A stretch of DNA of 64,000 nucleotides from Candidatus Omnitrophota bacterium. GTDB lineage: Bacteria > Omnitrophota > Gorgyraeia > JAHJTE01. The notes beneath the pieces are model-generated. The model did no database searches. It saw nothing but the letters and a program-made list of their open reading frames with translations, and was not told the origin of the DNA. The translations under genes were made by a program, and so were the position numbers. This document shows, one piece after another, positions 49,732 through 58,639 of the stretch. Numbering within the stretch: position 1 is the first letter of the stretch; each line of letters starts with the position of its first letter. The stretch is taken from assembly GCA_018830005.1 (NCBI GenBank), contig JAHJTE010000002.1, positions 7,053 through 71,052 on the forward strand. Reading direction: 5' to 3'.

Positions 49732-50156
49732 GGTATTCTTGGGGTTTATTTTTTTTGCGGCGGGTCGATTTTTTATTCTTAAGCCTTACCTTGGAAGAAG
49801 CTCTAAATTCTATTGCCTTTCGTGTTTCAAAATAAAGTCTAGAAATCAGATTATGTAGCTCTGCTTCCCCTGATTCATCATTAATTATTTTTTTTGCTGC
49901 CTTCATGATTCCCTTTGAAGTAAAAGGGGACTTGTATCCTGGAAACAATGCGGAAATCGTATATACAATACCCAGGCACATAAAGCCTCTAACTGCCTCA
50001 GAAAAACTAACATCATCCTCTTTAGCAATAAATTTAAGATATTCCAGCTACCAATCAGTAAGCAATACTTGACATCTCTTAAGCATATTCTCGCCTCCTG
50101 TATTTCTGTAATAATATCGTAGCTTCTAAATTTGAGCAACCCTTTATCTGAAAAAC

Positions 50157-50185
50157 TTGACAATCTCCTGAGCCGGAGTATAATT
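50157..50185 (+). promoter_or_regulatory. Consensus sigma70 promoter TTGACA-N16-TATAAT
   Basis: cttgacaatctcctgagccggagtataatt, seen directly. Confidence 0.55.
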
Positions 50186-50220
50186 ACCTACAAAAGGTGT
50201 GTAACCTAATTACATAAGCC

Positions 50221-50412
50221 ATGGATAGGGAAGAACACCATAATTGCTGGGAATATTGGGACTGCCCAGATAAAGAAAGAAAGCAATGCCGCGCACATAC
50301 AGCAGGGGCTGGCAAGAAATGTTTCTATTATTCACATAATTTCAAACCAGTGGTCAAGCGCAGCTTCAAATCCTGCGCTGAGTGCCCCTGGTTATATAAA
50401 ACGTTGGGATAA
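50221..50412 (+). CDS. Six-cysteine small protein (63 aa), hypothetical
   Basis: HHNCWEYWDCP...QCRAH...KKCFYY...SCAECPW. No clear SD, so the call is uncertain. Confidence 0.3.
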   Translation: MDREEHHNCWEYWDCPDKERKQCRAHTAGAGKKCFYYSHNFKPVVKRSFKSCAECPWLYKTLG

Positions 50413-50413
50413 A

Positions 50414-50665
50414 ATGGTTGAATTATTCAAAAATGGCCAAGTAGAACTCAGCAAGGATATCGATGAATCCGGAAATGTAAATATAAGCGTCAGATTCAAT
50501 GCAGGTATAGATAAGGCTGAAATAGATGTGTTTTATGAGGTTATAAGCTGTGCCTTGCATCGAAGATATGGAGAGTGGCTAGATCTATATAATATCGAAA
50601 ACTACCAAAATAACTATCGCAACAACTCCCGTCTAGAAAATCTTATTGACAACGAAAAGTATTAA
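50414..50665 (+). CDS. Hypothetical acidic 83-aa protein
   Basis: ORF immediately follows the Cys-rich ORF. No motif. Confidence 0.3.
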   Translation: MVELFKNGQVELSKDIDESGNVNISVRFNAGIDKAEIDVFYEVISCALHRRYGEWLDLYNIENYQNNYRNNSRLENLIDNEKY

Positions 50666-50778
50666 TATATAATTAAATTCAGTAGTAAATAAGGAGGTAG
50701 AATTCTGCTGCTGTAAGGCGAGAAGAGCCTTAGGTGTTGCGGTTGATTTCTTTCCGCAAAAAGGAGGTGTAGTAAGTA

Positions 50779-50979
50779 ATGGCGAAGGGTAAAGTAAAAT
50801 GGTTTAGCAATCAAAAAGGTTACGGTTTTATTACTCCTGAGAATGGCAATGACGTATTTGTACATCATGCAGCAATTCAAGGCGAAGGCTACAAGACTTT
50901 AGAAGAAGGCCAGGAAGTTGAATTCGAGATCGAGCAGGGTCCTAAGGGCGAACAGGCTAAAAACGTAACGAAGATATAA
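50779..50979 (+). CDS. cspA: Cold-shock protein, CspA family
   Basis: [37 protein letters not shown] aaaggaggtg. Promoter ttgaca-16-tataat at 50646-50673. Confidence 0.9.
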   Translation: MAKGKVKWFSNQKGYGFITPENGNDVFVHHAAIQGEGYKTLEEGQEVEFEIEQGPKGEQAKNVTKI

Positions 50980-50990
50980 GCTGAAAAGCA

Positions 50991-51025
50991 AAAAAGCCCG
51001 ACATTAAAAGTCGGGCTTTTTTTAT
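50991..51025 (+). terminator. Rho-independent terminator
   Basis: aaaaaagcccgac attaaaa gtcgggc ttttttt. Confidence 0.75.
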
Positions 51026-51044
51026 GCATGATTAGGATATTTAA

Positions 51045-51317
51045 TTGAAAAATAAATTAGTCAAAAACTATGATAGCGGTTTTGCTTCTCTAATAGGGCT
51101 TCTCATTACTCTTGCCTTAATGTGTCTGCTCGTATACATTGCCTTCAATACCTATTTTAAAACTCCGGTTACTGATAAAGAAACTAAAAAATCTCTTTCG
51201 CAACAGGGCATAGATAGCTCTAGCTATAAAACAATTTTGGATTCTAGCCGAAACAAAGTCAAGGATATACAAAAGCAGCTCAAAGAACAAACAGAAGAGC
51301 TCGAAGGCCTTAGATAA
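51045..51317 (+). CDS. Hypothetical membrane-anchored coiled-coil protein
   Basis: SGFASLIGLLITLALMCLLVY TM segment, loosely pilin-like but lacking Glu+5. K/E-rich tail. Confidence 0.35.
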   Translation: MKNKLVKNYDSGFASLIGLLITLALMCLLVYIAFNTYFKTPVTDKETKKSLSQQGIDSSSYKTILDSSRNKVKDIQKQLKEQTEELEGLR

Positions 51318-51340
51318 ACCAAACTCAATAAAACTTAAGG

Positions 51341-51880
51341 ATGAAAATCTTAACTGAAAAAGAGGCCATTACCTTAACCAGGCCACTTATTTACACGTTG
51401 GTCACTTCTTTAAATAAGAAGGGGCGGCCGAATGCACTTGGAGTATCCTGGGTTATGCGAACATCTATCAAGCCTCTATTGATGGCCATTTCAATTGATC
51501 GGCGTCGTTACTCCCACAGAAACATTCAATTACATAAAGAATTTGTTATCAATTATCCTAATAAGGATCAGGCAAGGTCTGCCTGGATTTGTGGCGTGAA
51601 ATCCGGCCGTAGTATTGACAAAATAAAATTAGCTAAAATTACCTTAGTAAAATCTAAAAAAGTTAAAGTGCCTACAATTCATGATGCAACGGTTGCATTT
51701 GAATGCAAATTAATAGATAAATTCAAGACAGGAGATCATACAATATTTGTAGGAAAGGTCTTGGCAATGACAGGTAATCCGAAAAAGAGCAAACATCTAT
51801 TCGTTGCTTGTGACTGGAGACTTATTGGGTTAGATAAAAAAGGCAAGAGTAAGCTTAATTTAACCAAAGGAACAATATAA
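51341..51880 (+). CDS. Flavin reductase-like (FMN-binding split barrel) protein
   Basis: GRPNALGVSWV...LLMAISIDRRRYSHRNI...EFVINY...GDHTIFVGKV. Confidence 0.6.
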   Translation: MKILTEKEAITLTRPLIYTLVTSLNKKGRPNALGVSWVMRTSIKPLLMAISIDRRRYSHRNIQLHKEFVINYPNKDQARSAWICGVKSGRSIDKIKLAKITLVKSKKVKVPTIHDATVAFECKLIDKFKTGDHTIFVGKVLAMTGNPKKSKHLFVACDWRLIGLDKKGKSKLNLTKGTI

Positions 51881-51882
51881 TT

Positions 51883-52251
51883 ATGCCTAAGAAATATCAA
51901 GGCATTGAAGCCAGGCGCTATCCTAGAATATCCTGGAATTTCATAGTAAAATTCAGGCTCAAAACTTCACAAGACTCCAAGTGGTTTATTTCCAATATCA
52001 CAAATATAAGCCAAGGCGGCTGCTTTTTTTATAGTCCTGTCCCTTATGAAATAGGCCAAACCTTGGAGGTTGAAATACAGTTTCCCAGGCTAACGCAACC
52101 CATGCACTTTCTAGGAGAAGTAAGGCGAAAGGTAGATGAGGAAAACGCACTAAATTCAAGATACGGTATAGCGGTTATGTTTTTAGAGATGGAGGAAGAA
52201 AAGAGGAAGGAATTTCTCGAATCGATAGACTTTTTTCTGAAGAAACGCTAG
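51883..52251 (+). CDS. PilZ domain protein
   Basis: RRYPRI and NISQGGCFF motifs. Confidence 0.6.
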   Translation: MPKKYQGIEARRYPRISWNFIVKFRLKTSQDSKWFISNITNISQGGCFFYSPVPYEIGQTLEVEIQFPRLTQPMHFLGEVRRKVDEENALNSRYGIAVMFLEMEEEKRKEFLESIDFFLKKR

Positions 52252-52257
52252 AGAATT

Positions 52258-53382
52258 ATGGAAAAAATAGATATTACTATTGTAGGCGCTGGAGTCATTG
52301 GTTTGGCTATAGCATCTGAGCTGTCAAAAACGCATAAAGACATCATTGTCATTGAAAGGAATTATGCCTTTGGACAGGAAACAAGTTCAAGAAATAGCGA
52401 GGTTATCCATGCCGGAATCTATTACCCTAAAGATTCTCTGAAGGCCAAAACCTGTATTGAAGGAAAAAATCTACTTTATGAATACTGCGTTAAGAATAAT
52501 ATCAACCATAGAATGCTGGGTAAACTTATCGTTGCTGCTAACGTCTCTGAAATCCTGGATTTAGAAGTCCTTTATAAAAATGCCTTAAATAATGGCCTGA
52601 ATGATTTAAGGCTTATTTCCAAAAGCGAAATAGAAAAAATTGAACCGAATATAAAGGCAGAGGCAGCAATCCATTCGCCCTCTACAGGCATAATAGATTC
52701 GCATGGACTAATGAAAAGTCTTGTTGATGAATTTGCAAGCCGTAAAGGACAAATAGCTTATAATACAGAACTCACCGCTATAGAAAAATCAAATTCAGGC
52801 TATAAAGTTACTGTTGAAGATAAAAGCGAAGGTGCATTTAGTTTTTCCACAAAGGTTTTTATTAATTCCGCGGGCCTTAATTCAGATAAAATAGCCAAAA
52901 TGGTTGGCATTGAAGAAGATGAATACAGACTAAAGTACTGTAAAGGAGACTATTTCAGGACTAGTAACAAAAAGGGAAAATTAGTTAACAGATTAGTCTA
53001 CCCTGTTCCTAAGAATAAAGGGGCAGGACTAGGCATACATGCAACTCTAGATTTAGGCGGAAGTCTGCGATTAGGCCCTGATGATGAATATGTGCAGGAT
53101 TTAGATTATAATATTGATGGGACTAAGCAGAGACTTTTTTATGATAGCGTTAAACACTTCTTGCCGTTTATTGAATACGATGACTTGGCTAAAGACATGG
53201 CAGGAATTAGGCCAAAACTACAGGGACAGGATGAGGATTTTAGGGATTTTCTCATAAAAGAAGAGAGTGATAAGGGACTCCCTGGCTTTGTGAACCTTAT
53301 TGGCATTGAATCTCCTGGGCTTACCTCAGCGCTCTCTATTGCCAAGTTAGTTAAAAAAATAGTTAAGGGAGGCGATAAATGA
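52258..53382 (+). CDS. FAD-dependent oxidoreductase, L-2-hydroxyglutarate oxidase/dehydrogenase (LhgO) family
   Basis: ITIVGAGVIGLAIA dinucleotide fold and C-terminal IGIESPGLTSALSIAKLV. Confidence 0.6.
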   Translation: MEKIDITIVGAGVIGLAIASELSKTHKDIIVIERNYAFGQETSSRNSEVIHAGIYYPKDSLKAKTCIEGKNLLYEYCVKNNINHRMLGKLIVAANVSEILDLEVLYKNALNNGLNDLRLISKSEIEKIEPNIKAEAAIHSPSTGIIDSHGLMKSLVDEFASRKGQIAYNTELTAIEKSNSGYKVTVEDKSEGAFSFSTKVFINSAGLNSDKIAKMVGIEEDEYRLKYCKGDYFRTSNKKGKLVNRLVYPVPKNKGAGLGIHATLDLGGSLRLGPDDEYVQDLDYNIDGTKQRLFYDSVKHFLPFIEYDDLAKDMAGIRPKLQGQDEDFRDFLIKEESDKGLPGFVNLIGIESPGLTSALSIAKLVKKIVKGGDK

Positions 53383-53645
53383 GACAAATTAAATTAGAAG
53401 AAATCTTTCACCCCATTTTCAATAAAATAAGCAATATTGGGATTGCTGCGGCCTTAAACAAGAAAATATTGGAAGAAGATACAACTAAACTCTCCAGCAA
53501 AGAATTAGAAGCTAAATTTTCCCATATTATTGATGTTCTAGGCAGTATTGAAGAGAATTGTAACGCGTTACATGATTATATGAAGGCAATTTATGAACGC
53601 TTAGACAAAGAAACGAATTTCCAGACACCAAAATCACCAAAATAA
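53379..53645 (+). CDS. Hypothetical 88-aa protein, coupled to the LhgO-like gene
   Basis: 4-nt overlap (atga). No motif. Confidence 0.35.
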   Translation: MRQIKLEEIFHPIFNKISNIGIAAALNKKILEEDTTKLSSKELEAKFSHIIDVLGSIEENCNALHDYMKAIYERLDKETNFQTPKSPK

Positions 53646-53759
53646 AACCCCCATTAACATAACCTCTTATTTTACAGTCAATTACGTCGAATAATAGAAA
53701 AAAACTAATTTTTGTGGTATACTTATAGTGTTATATTGTAGCTAATACGATAAAGGCAA

Positions 53760-53915
53760 ACCATTTGAAAGAGTGGGGCGGGCCGAAAGCCCGGTCCTGA
53801 AAAGGACCGCAAAACTTATAGAGCCTAAATCCTAAAAACTTAGGATATGGCAGTCAGTTGCCGAACATAGTGGATAAAAAATGCCTATTCTTTCAAAGGA
53901 ATAGGCATTTTTTTT
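53760..53915 (+). ncRNA. Candidate small RNA: three hairpins plus intrinsic terminator
   Basis: gggccgaaagccc, ggtcctgaaaaggacc, atcctaaaaacttaggat hairpins, then gcctattctttcaaaggaataggc + T8. Confidence 0.25.
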
Positions 53916-53929
53916 GGGGGGTGGCAAAG

Positions 53930-54304
53930 ATGAACGAGAAGATTCTGATAGTAGACGATGAGCCTGACGTATGCGAAGCAATCGGTCTATATTTTAGCAA
54001 AAGAAACTATAAAATTATTACTGCCAATAACGGTCAAGAGGCACTCTCTAAAGCCAAGAATGAGAAGCCGGCATTAATATTGCTAGATATAGTTATGCCT
54101 AAAATGGGTGGAATCGAGTGTCTGCGCAAAATAAGAAGGTTTAATAAGAGGGTACCTATCATTATAGTTACTTGCGTAGATAAATTAAAAACAGCCTTGA
54201 AGGCCATGAAATTAGGCGCTACTGATTATATAACAAAACCTCTTGGTTTTGATGCCTTAGAGACAACTATTTCTACATATCTCTTTTTGAAGAGCGTTAA
54301 TTGA
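53930..54304 (+). CDS. Single-domain CheY-like response regulator receiver
   Basis: KILIVDDEPDV...LILLDIVMPKMGGIE...IIIVT...K. Start moved to MNEKIL because the ORF-track start overlaps the terminator hairpin. Confidence 0.8.
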   Translation: MNEKILIVDDEPDVCEAIGLYFSKRNYKIITANNGQEALSKAKNEKPALILLDIVMPKMGGIECLRKIRRFNKRVPIIIVTCVDKLKTALKAMKLGATDYITKPLGFDALETTISTYLFLKSVN

Positions 54305-54419
54305 AATAAAAAAACCCACCAGCCACGTAAGAAGCAAACAGCAACTTTACAATTGACCATTCCTTAAATCATGTATATAATAACATATTAAGTAATAATC
54401 CCTTCATAAATAGGATCAA

Positions 54420-55007
54420 ATGAAATCCCTATATTCCCTTCTAATATTTCTACTTGCTGTTGTAGTCAGCGTTGCATTTTTTCTACCCTGGTTAAATGTT
54501 GAATCAAAGCCGCTAGGTTCAGTTTCAAAGATACTTACCGGAAAATCCCAAGGAACGCTCGATAATATAAATGCATTCAGAATACCCATTCTGGCAAATG
54601 GTGCTGAAGCCCGCTTTATGATTAGCGTGATAAAAATATTTAGCCCTGAGATGAGAAATGCACCGACAAAAAGCTTTTTCGTATGGATTTTGCCGCTTCT
54701 TGCAGTGCTTATCTTTGGTGCAAGTTACTTCTTTCCCAGAAGCAGGCTAATCAGCCTTACAATTGGAATTGCAGGAATTACAGTATTTACTACTGGACTA
54801 TACAAAATAAGTATAACTGATTTAGATAGATTAATGCTAACAGTATATATTGGCCATGGTCTCTGGCTAACGCTCTATGCATATTTAACCATGGGCTTAA
54901 TTGGCTGGGTGCGTTTTACTCAGCTCTCAATCAGAGCAAAAAGACGAAAGATAGAAGAACTTAGAAGCAAAAAATGGCCTTGGAAAATAAAGACTGTAAG
55001 CCCTTGA
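54420..55007 (+). CDS. Hypothetical polytopic membrane protein
   Basis: Multiple TM helices, no motif. Confidence 0.4.
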   Translation: MKSLYSLLIFLLAVVVSVAFFLPWLNVESKPLGSVSKILTGKSQGTLDNINAFRIPILANGAEARFMISVIKIFSPEMRNAPTKSFFVWILPLLAVLIFGASYFFPRSRLISLTIGIAGITVFTTGLYKISITDLDRLMLTVYIGHGLWLTLYAYLTMGLIGWVRFTQLSIRAKRRKIEELRSKKWPWKIKTVSP

Positions 55008-55036
55008 ATAAACTCTAAAGACAGAAGAGGTGGATA

Positions 55037-55402
55037 ATGTTAAAAAGGTTTTTAATTATTTTATTATCTCTTGCCTTAGCCGGATGCGCAACCACTTATG
55101 GAAAACCAATTACCCTGCAAGACATATCCCAACTGAAAAAAGACATTACACAGGAGGAAATCATAGAACTTTTAGGTGAACCGCAGGCAATAAATTTAAC
55201 AGCAAATGGTAAAACTATCTGGGTCTATGTGTATACAAGGTCTAAGACAAGTACCTCAACATATATCCCGGTTGTAAATGTATTAAAAAGCGGGGCAAAA
55301 GTTAAAACTCAGATGTTGCAAATACTCTTTGATGAAAACAATATCTACCAAAAACATTCTTTTTCAGATAGCGAAAAGCGACTAAAAACAGGAATGTTTT
55401 AA
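55037..55402 (+). CDS. Hypothetical lipoprotein
   Basis: LSLALAGCATTYG lipobox. Confidence 0.45.
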   Translation: MLKRFLIILLSLALAGCATTYGKPITLQDISQLKKDITQEEIIELLGEPQAINLTANGKTIWVYVYTRSKTSTSTYIPVVNVLKSGAKVKTQMLQILFDENNIYQKHSFSDSEKRLKTGMF

Positions 55403-55414
55403 AAGGAGGTACGT

Positions 55415-55705
55415 ATGTTAAGATTTATGGGATTGTTCTGCACTATTCCTTTGGCACTATTACTTACAGTGAGCTTTTTTGTGCTTCTTGCCTTAAGTAA
55501 GGTCGGTTCTAAGTCGCTGCGTGGTTTTGCTATTGCTATTGTAATCCTTTTATGGATTTCTGCTTTGTTAGTGGCCTCTTGCGGTATCTACACGCTGACT
55601 ACAGGTACCTGTCCAATGATGAAATGCATGAAAGAGATGAAAATGATGCAACGTCCAATGATGCATGAGAAAATGATGATGCAGCATAAGTCTATGAAAG
55701 AATGA
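55415..55705 (+). CDS. Small two-TM membrane protein with Met/His-rich C-terminal tail
   Basis: CPMMKCMKEMKMMQRPMMHEKMMMQHKSMKE. Confidence 0.45.
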   Translation: MLRFMGLFCTIPLALLLTVSFFVLLALSKVGSKSLRGFAIAIVILLWISALLVASCGIYTLTTGTCPMMKCMKEMKMMQRPMMHEKMMMQHKSMKE

Positions 55706-55898
55706 TCAGGTTCCTTCAACTGATTGCGTCAATCTTTGAGGAAATCAGCAAGCTCTTATGTCTCTAAAATCGAATTCGTGCCGCAGGTAGCCAATTAAGC
55801 ACAAAATACAATTTTCATAACTATAATAATAGCAACAAGATATAGAAGGTAGTCAAAAACTTACAAATTAAGGGGCATTTTAAAATGGAGGGAGCAAA

Positions 55899-57359
55899 AT
55901 GAGTGGAATTTTTGGCGTTACTTCTAAAAATGATTGTACAGAATCTTTATTTTACGGAACAGACTATCACTCACATTTAGGCACGGAATATGGAGGCATG
56001 GCCGTGTTAGGTGAAGATTTCCAACGCCAAATACATAATATAGCGCAGACTCAATTCAAATCAAAATTCTATGAAGACTACAGACGCATGAAAGGAAATA
56101 AAGGCATAGGTGTTATCAGTGATTCTGATGAACAGCCCATATATCTAAACTCTAAATTCGGACCTTTTTGCATAGTTACCGCAGGATTAATAGAAAACAA
56201 AGAACAATTAGCAGAAGACTTATTGAAAAAAGGCATATCATTCAGCGAAGTAGGCAAGGGTTTAGTTAATTCCACAGAACTTGTGGCAAAATTAATAAAC
56301 CAGGGCGATAGTATTATAGATGGCATAGATAAGATGTTTGATTCAATAGAAGGTTCTTGCACGCTTCTTTTGCTAAACAAAGATGGGCTTTATGCAGCTA
56401 GGGACAGACTCGGCTATACTCCAATAATCCTTGGCAAGGGCGATGAGGCCTGGGCTGTAACCTCAGAAACTAGCGCATTCGCTAATACAGGATTCACAAT
56501 TGAAAAATACCTCTTGCCAGGAGAAATCATATTACTTACTGAAAATGGCCTAACTCAACGAAAGCCCGGTAAAACTGAGTGTCAAATCTGCACATTCTTG
56601 TGGATATATACGGGTTTTCCAGCATCAACTTATGAAGGCATAAATGTTGAAACTGTGCGTGAAAGATGCGGCAGATTCTTAGCAAAACGAGATAAGGATA
56701 TAAAGGTCGATGTTGTTTCAGGCGTACCTGACTCTGGAGTGGCGCATGCACTTGGCTATGCAATGGAATCCGGCAAACCATTCCGCCGCCCACTTGTAAA
56801 ATATACTCCTGGCTATGGCAGAAGTTATACCCCGTCTTCACAAGAAACACGCGATTTGGTTGCTAAAATGAAGCTTCTACCGATTAGGGAGATCATAGAG
56901 GGTAATAAAATAGTAGTGTGCGAAGACTCAATAGTAAGAGGGACTCAATTGAAGAATTTTACCGTAAAAAAACTCTGGGATTGTTGCGCAAAAGAGGTTC
57001 ACGTACGGCCAGCTTGTCCGCCTCTTATGTTCCCGTGTAAATTTTGTCTTTCTACGCGAAGCATTCATGAGCTTGCTGCGCGTCGTGCAATTAAGGCGCT
57101 TGAAGGCCATGACCTTGAAGACGTATCTGAATACATAGATCATAACACGGATAAATATAAGAAGATGATAGACTGGATAACCAGAGACTTAACATTAACC
57201 ACGCTAAGATACCAAACAATAGACGATATGATAAAGGCAGTGGGTCTACCCAAGGAAAAACTCTGTCTTTATTGCTGGACAGGTGAATCACCTAAGCAGA
57301 ACGCAAAATCTGATATAGAAAACAAGAGCAAAAAGACCACATCTTTCTCTGATATTTAA
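55899..57359 (+). CDS. Amidophosphoribosyltransferase (PurF) paralog with degenerate glutaminase site
   Basis: MSGIFG (Cys1 to Ser), HNGN to TAGL, but PRTase motifs VVSGVPDSG and VVCEDSIVRGTQ plus four Cys at B. subtilis-type 4Fe-4S ligand positions. Confidence 0.7.
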   Translation: MSGIFGVTSKNDCTESLFYGTDYHSHLGTEYGGMAVLGEDFQRQIHNIAQTQFKSKFYEDYRRMKGNKGIGVISDSDEQPIYLNSKFGPFCIVTAGLIENKEQLAEDLLKKGISFSEVGKGLVNSTELVAKLINQGDSIIDGIDKMFDSIEGSCTLLLLNKDGLYAARDRLGYTPIILGKGDEAWAVTSETSAFANTGFTIEKYLLPGEIILLTENGLTQRKPGKTECQICTFLWIYTGFPASTYEGINVETVRERCGRFLAKRDKDIKVDVVSGVPDSGVAHALGYAMESGKPFRRPLVKYTPGYGRSYTPSSQETRDLVAKMKLLPIREIIEGNKIVVCEDSIVRGTQLKNFTVKKLWDCCAKEVHVRPACPPLMFPCKFCLSTRSIHELAARRAIKALEGHDLEDVSEYIDHNTDKYKKMIDWITRDLTLTTLRYQTIDDMIKAVGLPKEKLCLYCWTGESPKQNAKSDIENKSKKTTSFSDI

Positions 57360-57550
57360 GGATTAATCGTAAGTTTTACCTCATTTCCATTATTCTTTTA
57401 ATTACTTGACAAACTAAAGATTTTGTGTATAATGATACCCGTAGTAAATAAGGGAAGGGAAGTTGAATGCCGTAAGGCAAAACACTCGCCTTGCGGTTTT
57501 TTTCTGCCATTATTTACTAAAAATTCATGAAAAAGGAGGTGTAGTAAGTA

Positions 57551-57751
57551 ATGGCAAAAGGCAAAGTAAAATGGTTCAGTAATCAAAAAGGTTATGGTTT
57601 TATTACTCCTGAAAACGGCAATGACGTATTTGTGCATCACTCAGCAATTCAAGGTGATGGCTATAAGTCTTTAGAGGAAAATCAAGAAGTTGAATTCGAG
57701 ATTGAACAAGGTCCTAAGGGCGAACAGGCTAAAAACGTAACAAAAGTATAA
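57551..57751 (+). CDS. cspA: Cold-shock protein, CspA family (paralog)
   Basis: [34 protein letters not shown]. Promoter ttgaca-16-tataat at 57407-57434. Confidence 0.9.
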   Translation: MAKGKVKWFSNQKGYGFITPENGNDVFVHHSAIQGDGYKSLEENQEVEFEIEQGPKGEQAKNVTKV

Positions 57752-57768
57752 GCTGAATTGGAAAAATC

Positions 57769-57808
57769 TAAGGCTCGAGACTTTAAATAGGCTTGAGCCT
57801 TATTTTTA
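57769..57808 (+). terminator. Rho-independent terminator
   Basis: aaggctcgag...cttgagcctt + T-tract. Confidence 0.6.
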
Positions 57809-57821
57809 AAGGAGATATTTC

Positions 57822-58034
57822 ATGCATAAAGGAAAAATAAAAAGACTGGTTCGCGATAAGGGTTTTGGTTTCATCAGCGTACTTGATGGAAGGGATATAT
57901 TTTTCCACCAGAATAGCGTATTAGATACTAACTTTGAAGATCTTAAAGAGGGTCAAGAAGTTGAGTGCGAAGTTGAAAAAAGTCCAAAGGGTCCACGCGC
58001 ACTTAATGTACGTATTGTCGCAGAAGCAGCTTGA
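57822..58034 (+). CDS. Cold-shock domain protein (divergent third paralog)
   Basis: KGKIKRLVRDKGFGFISVLDGRDIFFH. Confidence 0.8.
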   Translation: MHKGKIKRLVRDKGFGFISVLDGRDIFFHQNSVLDTNFEDLKEGQEVECEVEKSPKGPRALNVRIVAEAA

Positions 58035-58198
58035 CTTAGTCCACCAGACATACCTACGACACACAACTGTTTAATTTCCAATAGGTCATAATTTTCTTAT
58101 CTAAGGAAGTTGAGCATGGCATTTAAAAAATGTTTAAATTAATGAGCAACTCTTTTTCTAAAGGGTTGCTTTTTTGTTTATAGCTAAAAGGAGACAGT

Positions 58199-58612
58199 AT
58201 GAAAAGGCTATTAATAATTGCATTGGCATTATCATTTGTATTCTCTGCAACACCTTTGTTTGCTGCCGAAGGAGGAGAAAAAGGCGCCAGTAAAAAGGCC
58301 TATGAGCATGCAAGCGATGAAGCGGTATTCAATAGGGTGAGTGATTGGTTTGCTACAAGAGGCAAGTCCAAGGAAGAAAAAGAAGCAATAATAGCTGAGC
58401 GTAAGGCAAAAAGGGCAGTAAAACAGGCTGCAAAAGAGACTAAGAAGGCGGAAATAGAACTAAAAAAACAAGAAATGGAAACCAAGAAAGAGACGAAAAA
58501 AATAGAAAAGCAAACAAGAGAACAAGTAAGGACTACAGAACGCGAGACTAAAAGAGTAAGCAAAAAAGCTGAAGGAAAAATGAAAGGCCTAAAAAAGGGT
58601 TGGAAAAAATAA
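58199..58612 (+). CDS. Hypothetical secreted K/E-rich protein
   Basis: Signal peptide and a charged low-complexity repeat region. Confidence 0.4.
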   Translation: MKRLLIIALALSFVFSATPLFAAEGGEKGASKKAYEHASDEAVFNRVSDWFATRGKSKEEKEAIIAERKAKRAVKQAAKETKKAEIELKKQEMETKKETKKIEKQTREQVRTTERETKRVSKKAEGKMKGLKKGWKK

Positions 58613-58639
58613 TATTAAAAAGAGGTAAGGAGGTATAAG

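Noticed and set aside
49622-50163. Two minus-strand ORFs (119 and 86 aa) in the greA-csp gap
   Set aside because: No RBS. One runs through the plus-strand consensus promoter. Composition is not protein-like, and the best minus-strand SD+ATG gives only a 12-aa peptide.
50190-50260. Resemblance of acctaattacataagccatggatagggaag to the P4/P5 half of a TPP riboswitch (…cctgatctggataatgccagcgtagggaa)
   Set aside because: No GGGG(U)GC/CUGAGA 5' half in the right place. It overlaps a promoter and a coding start, and the thiamine genes are 19 kb away with no leader. Judged a chance similarity.
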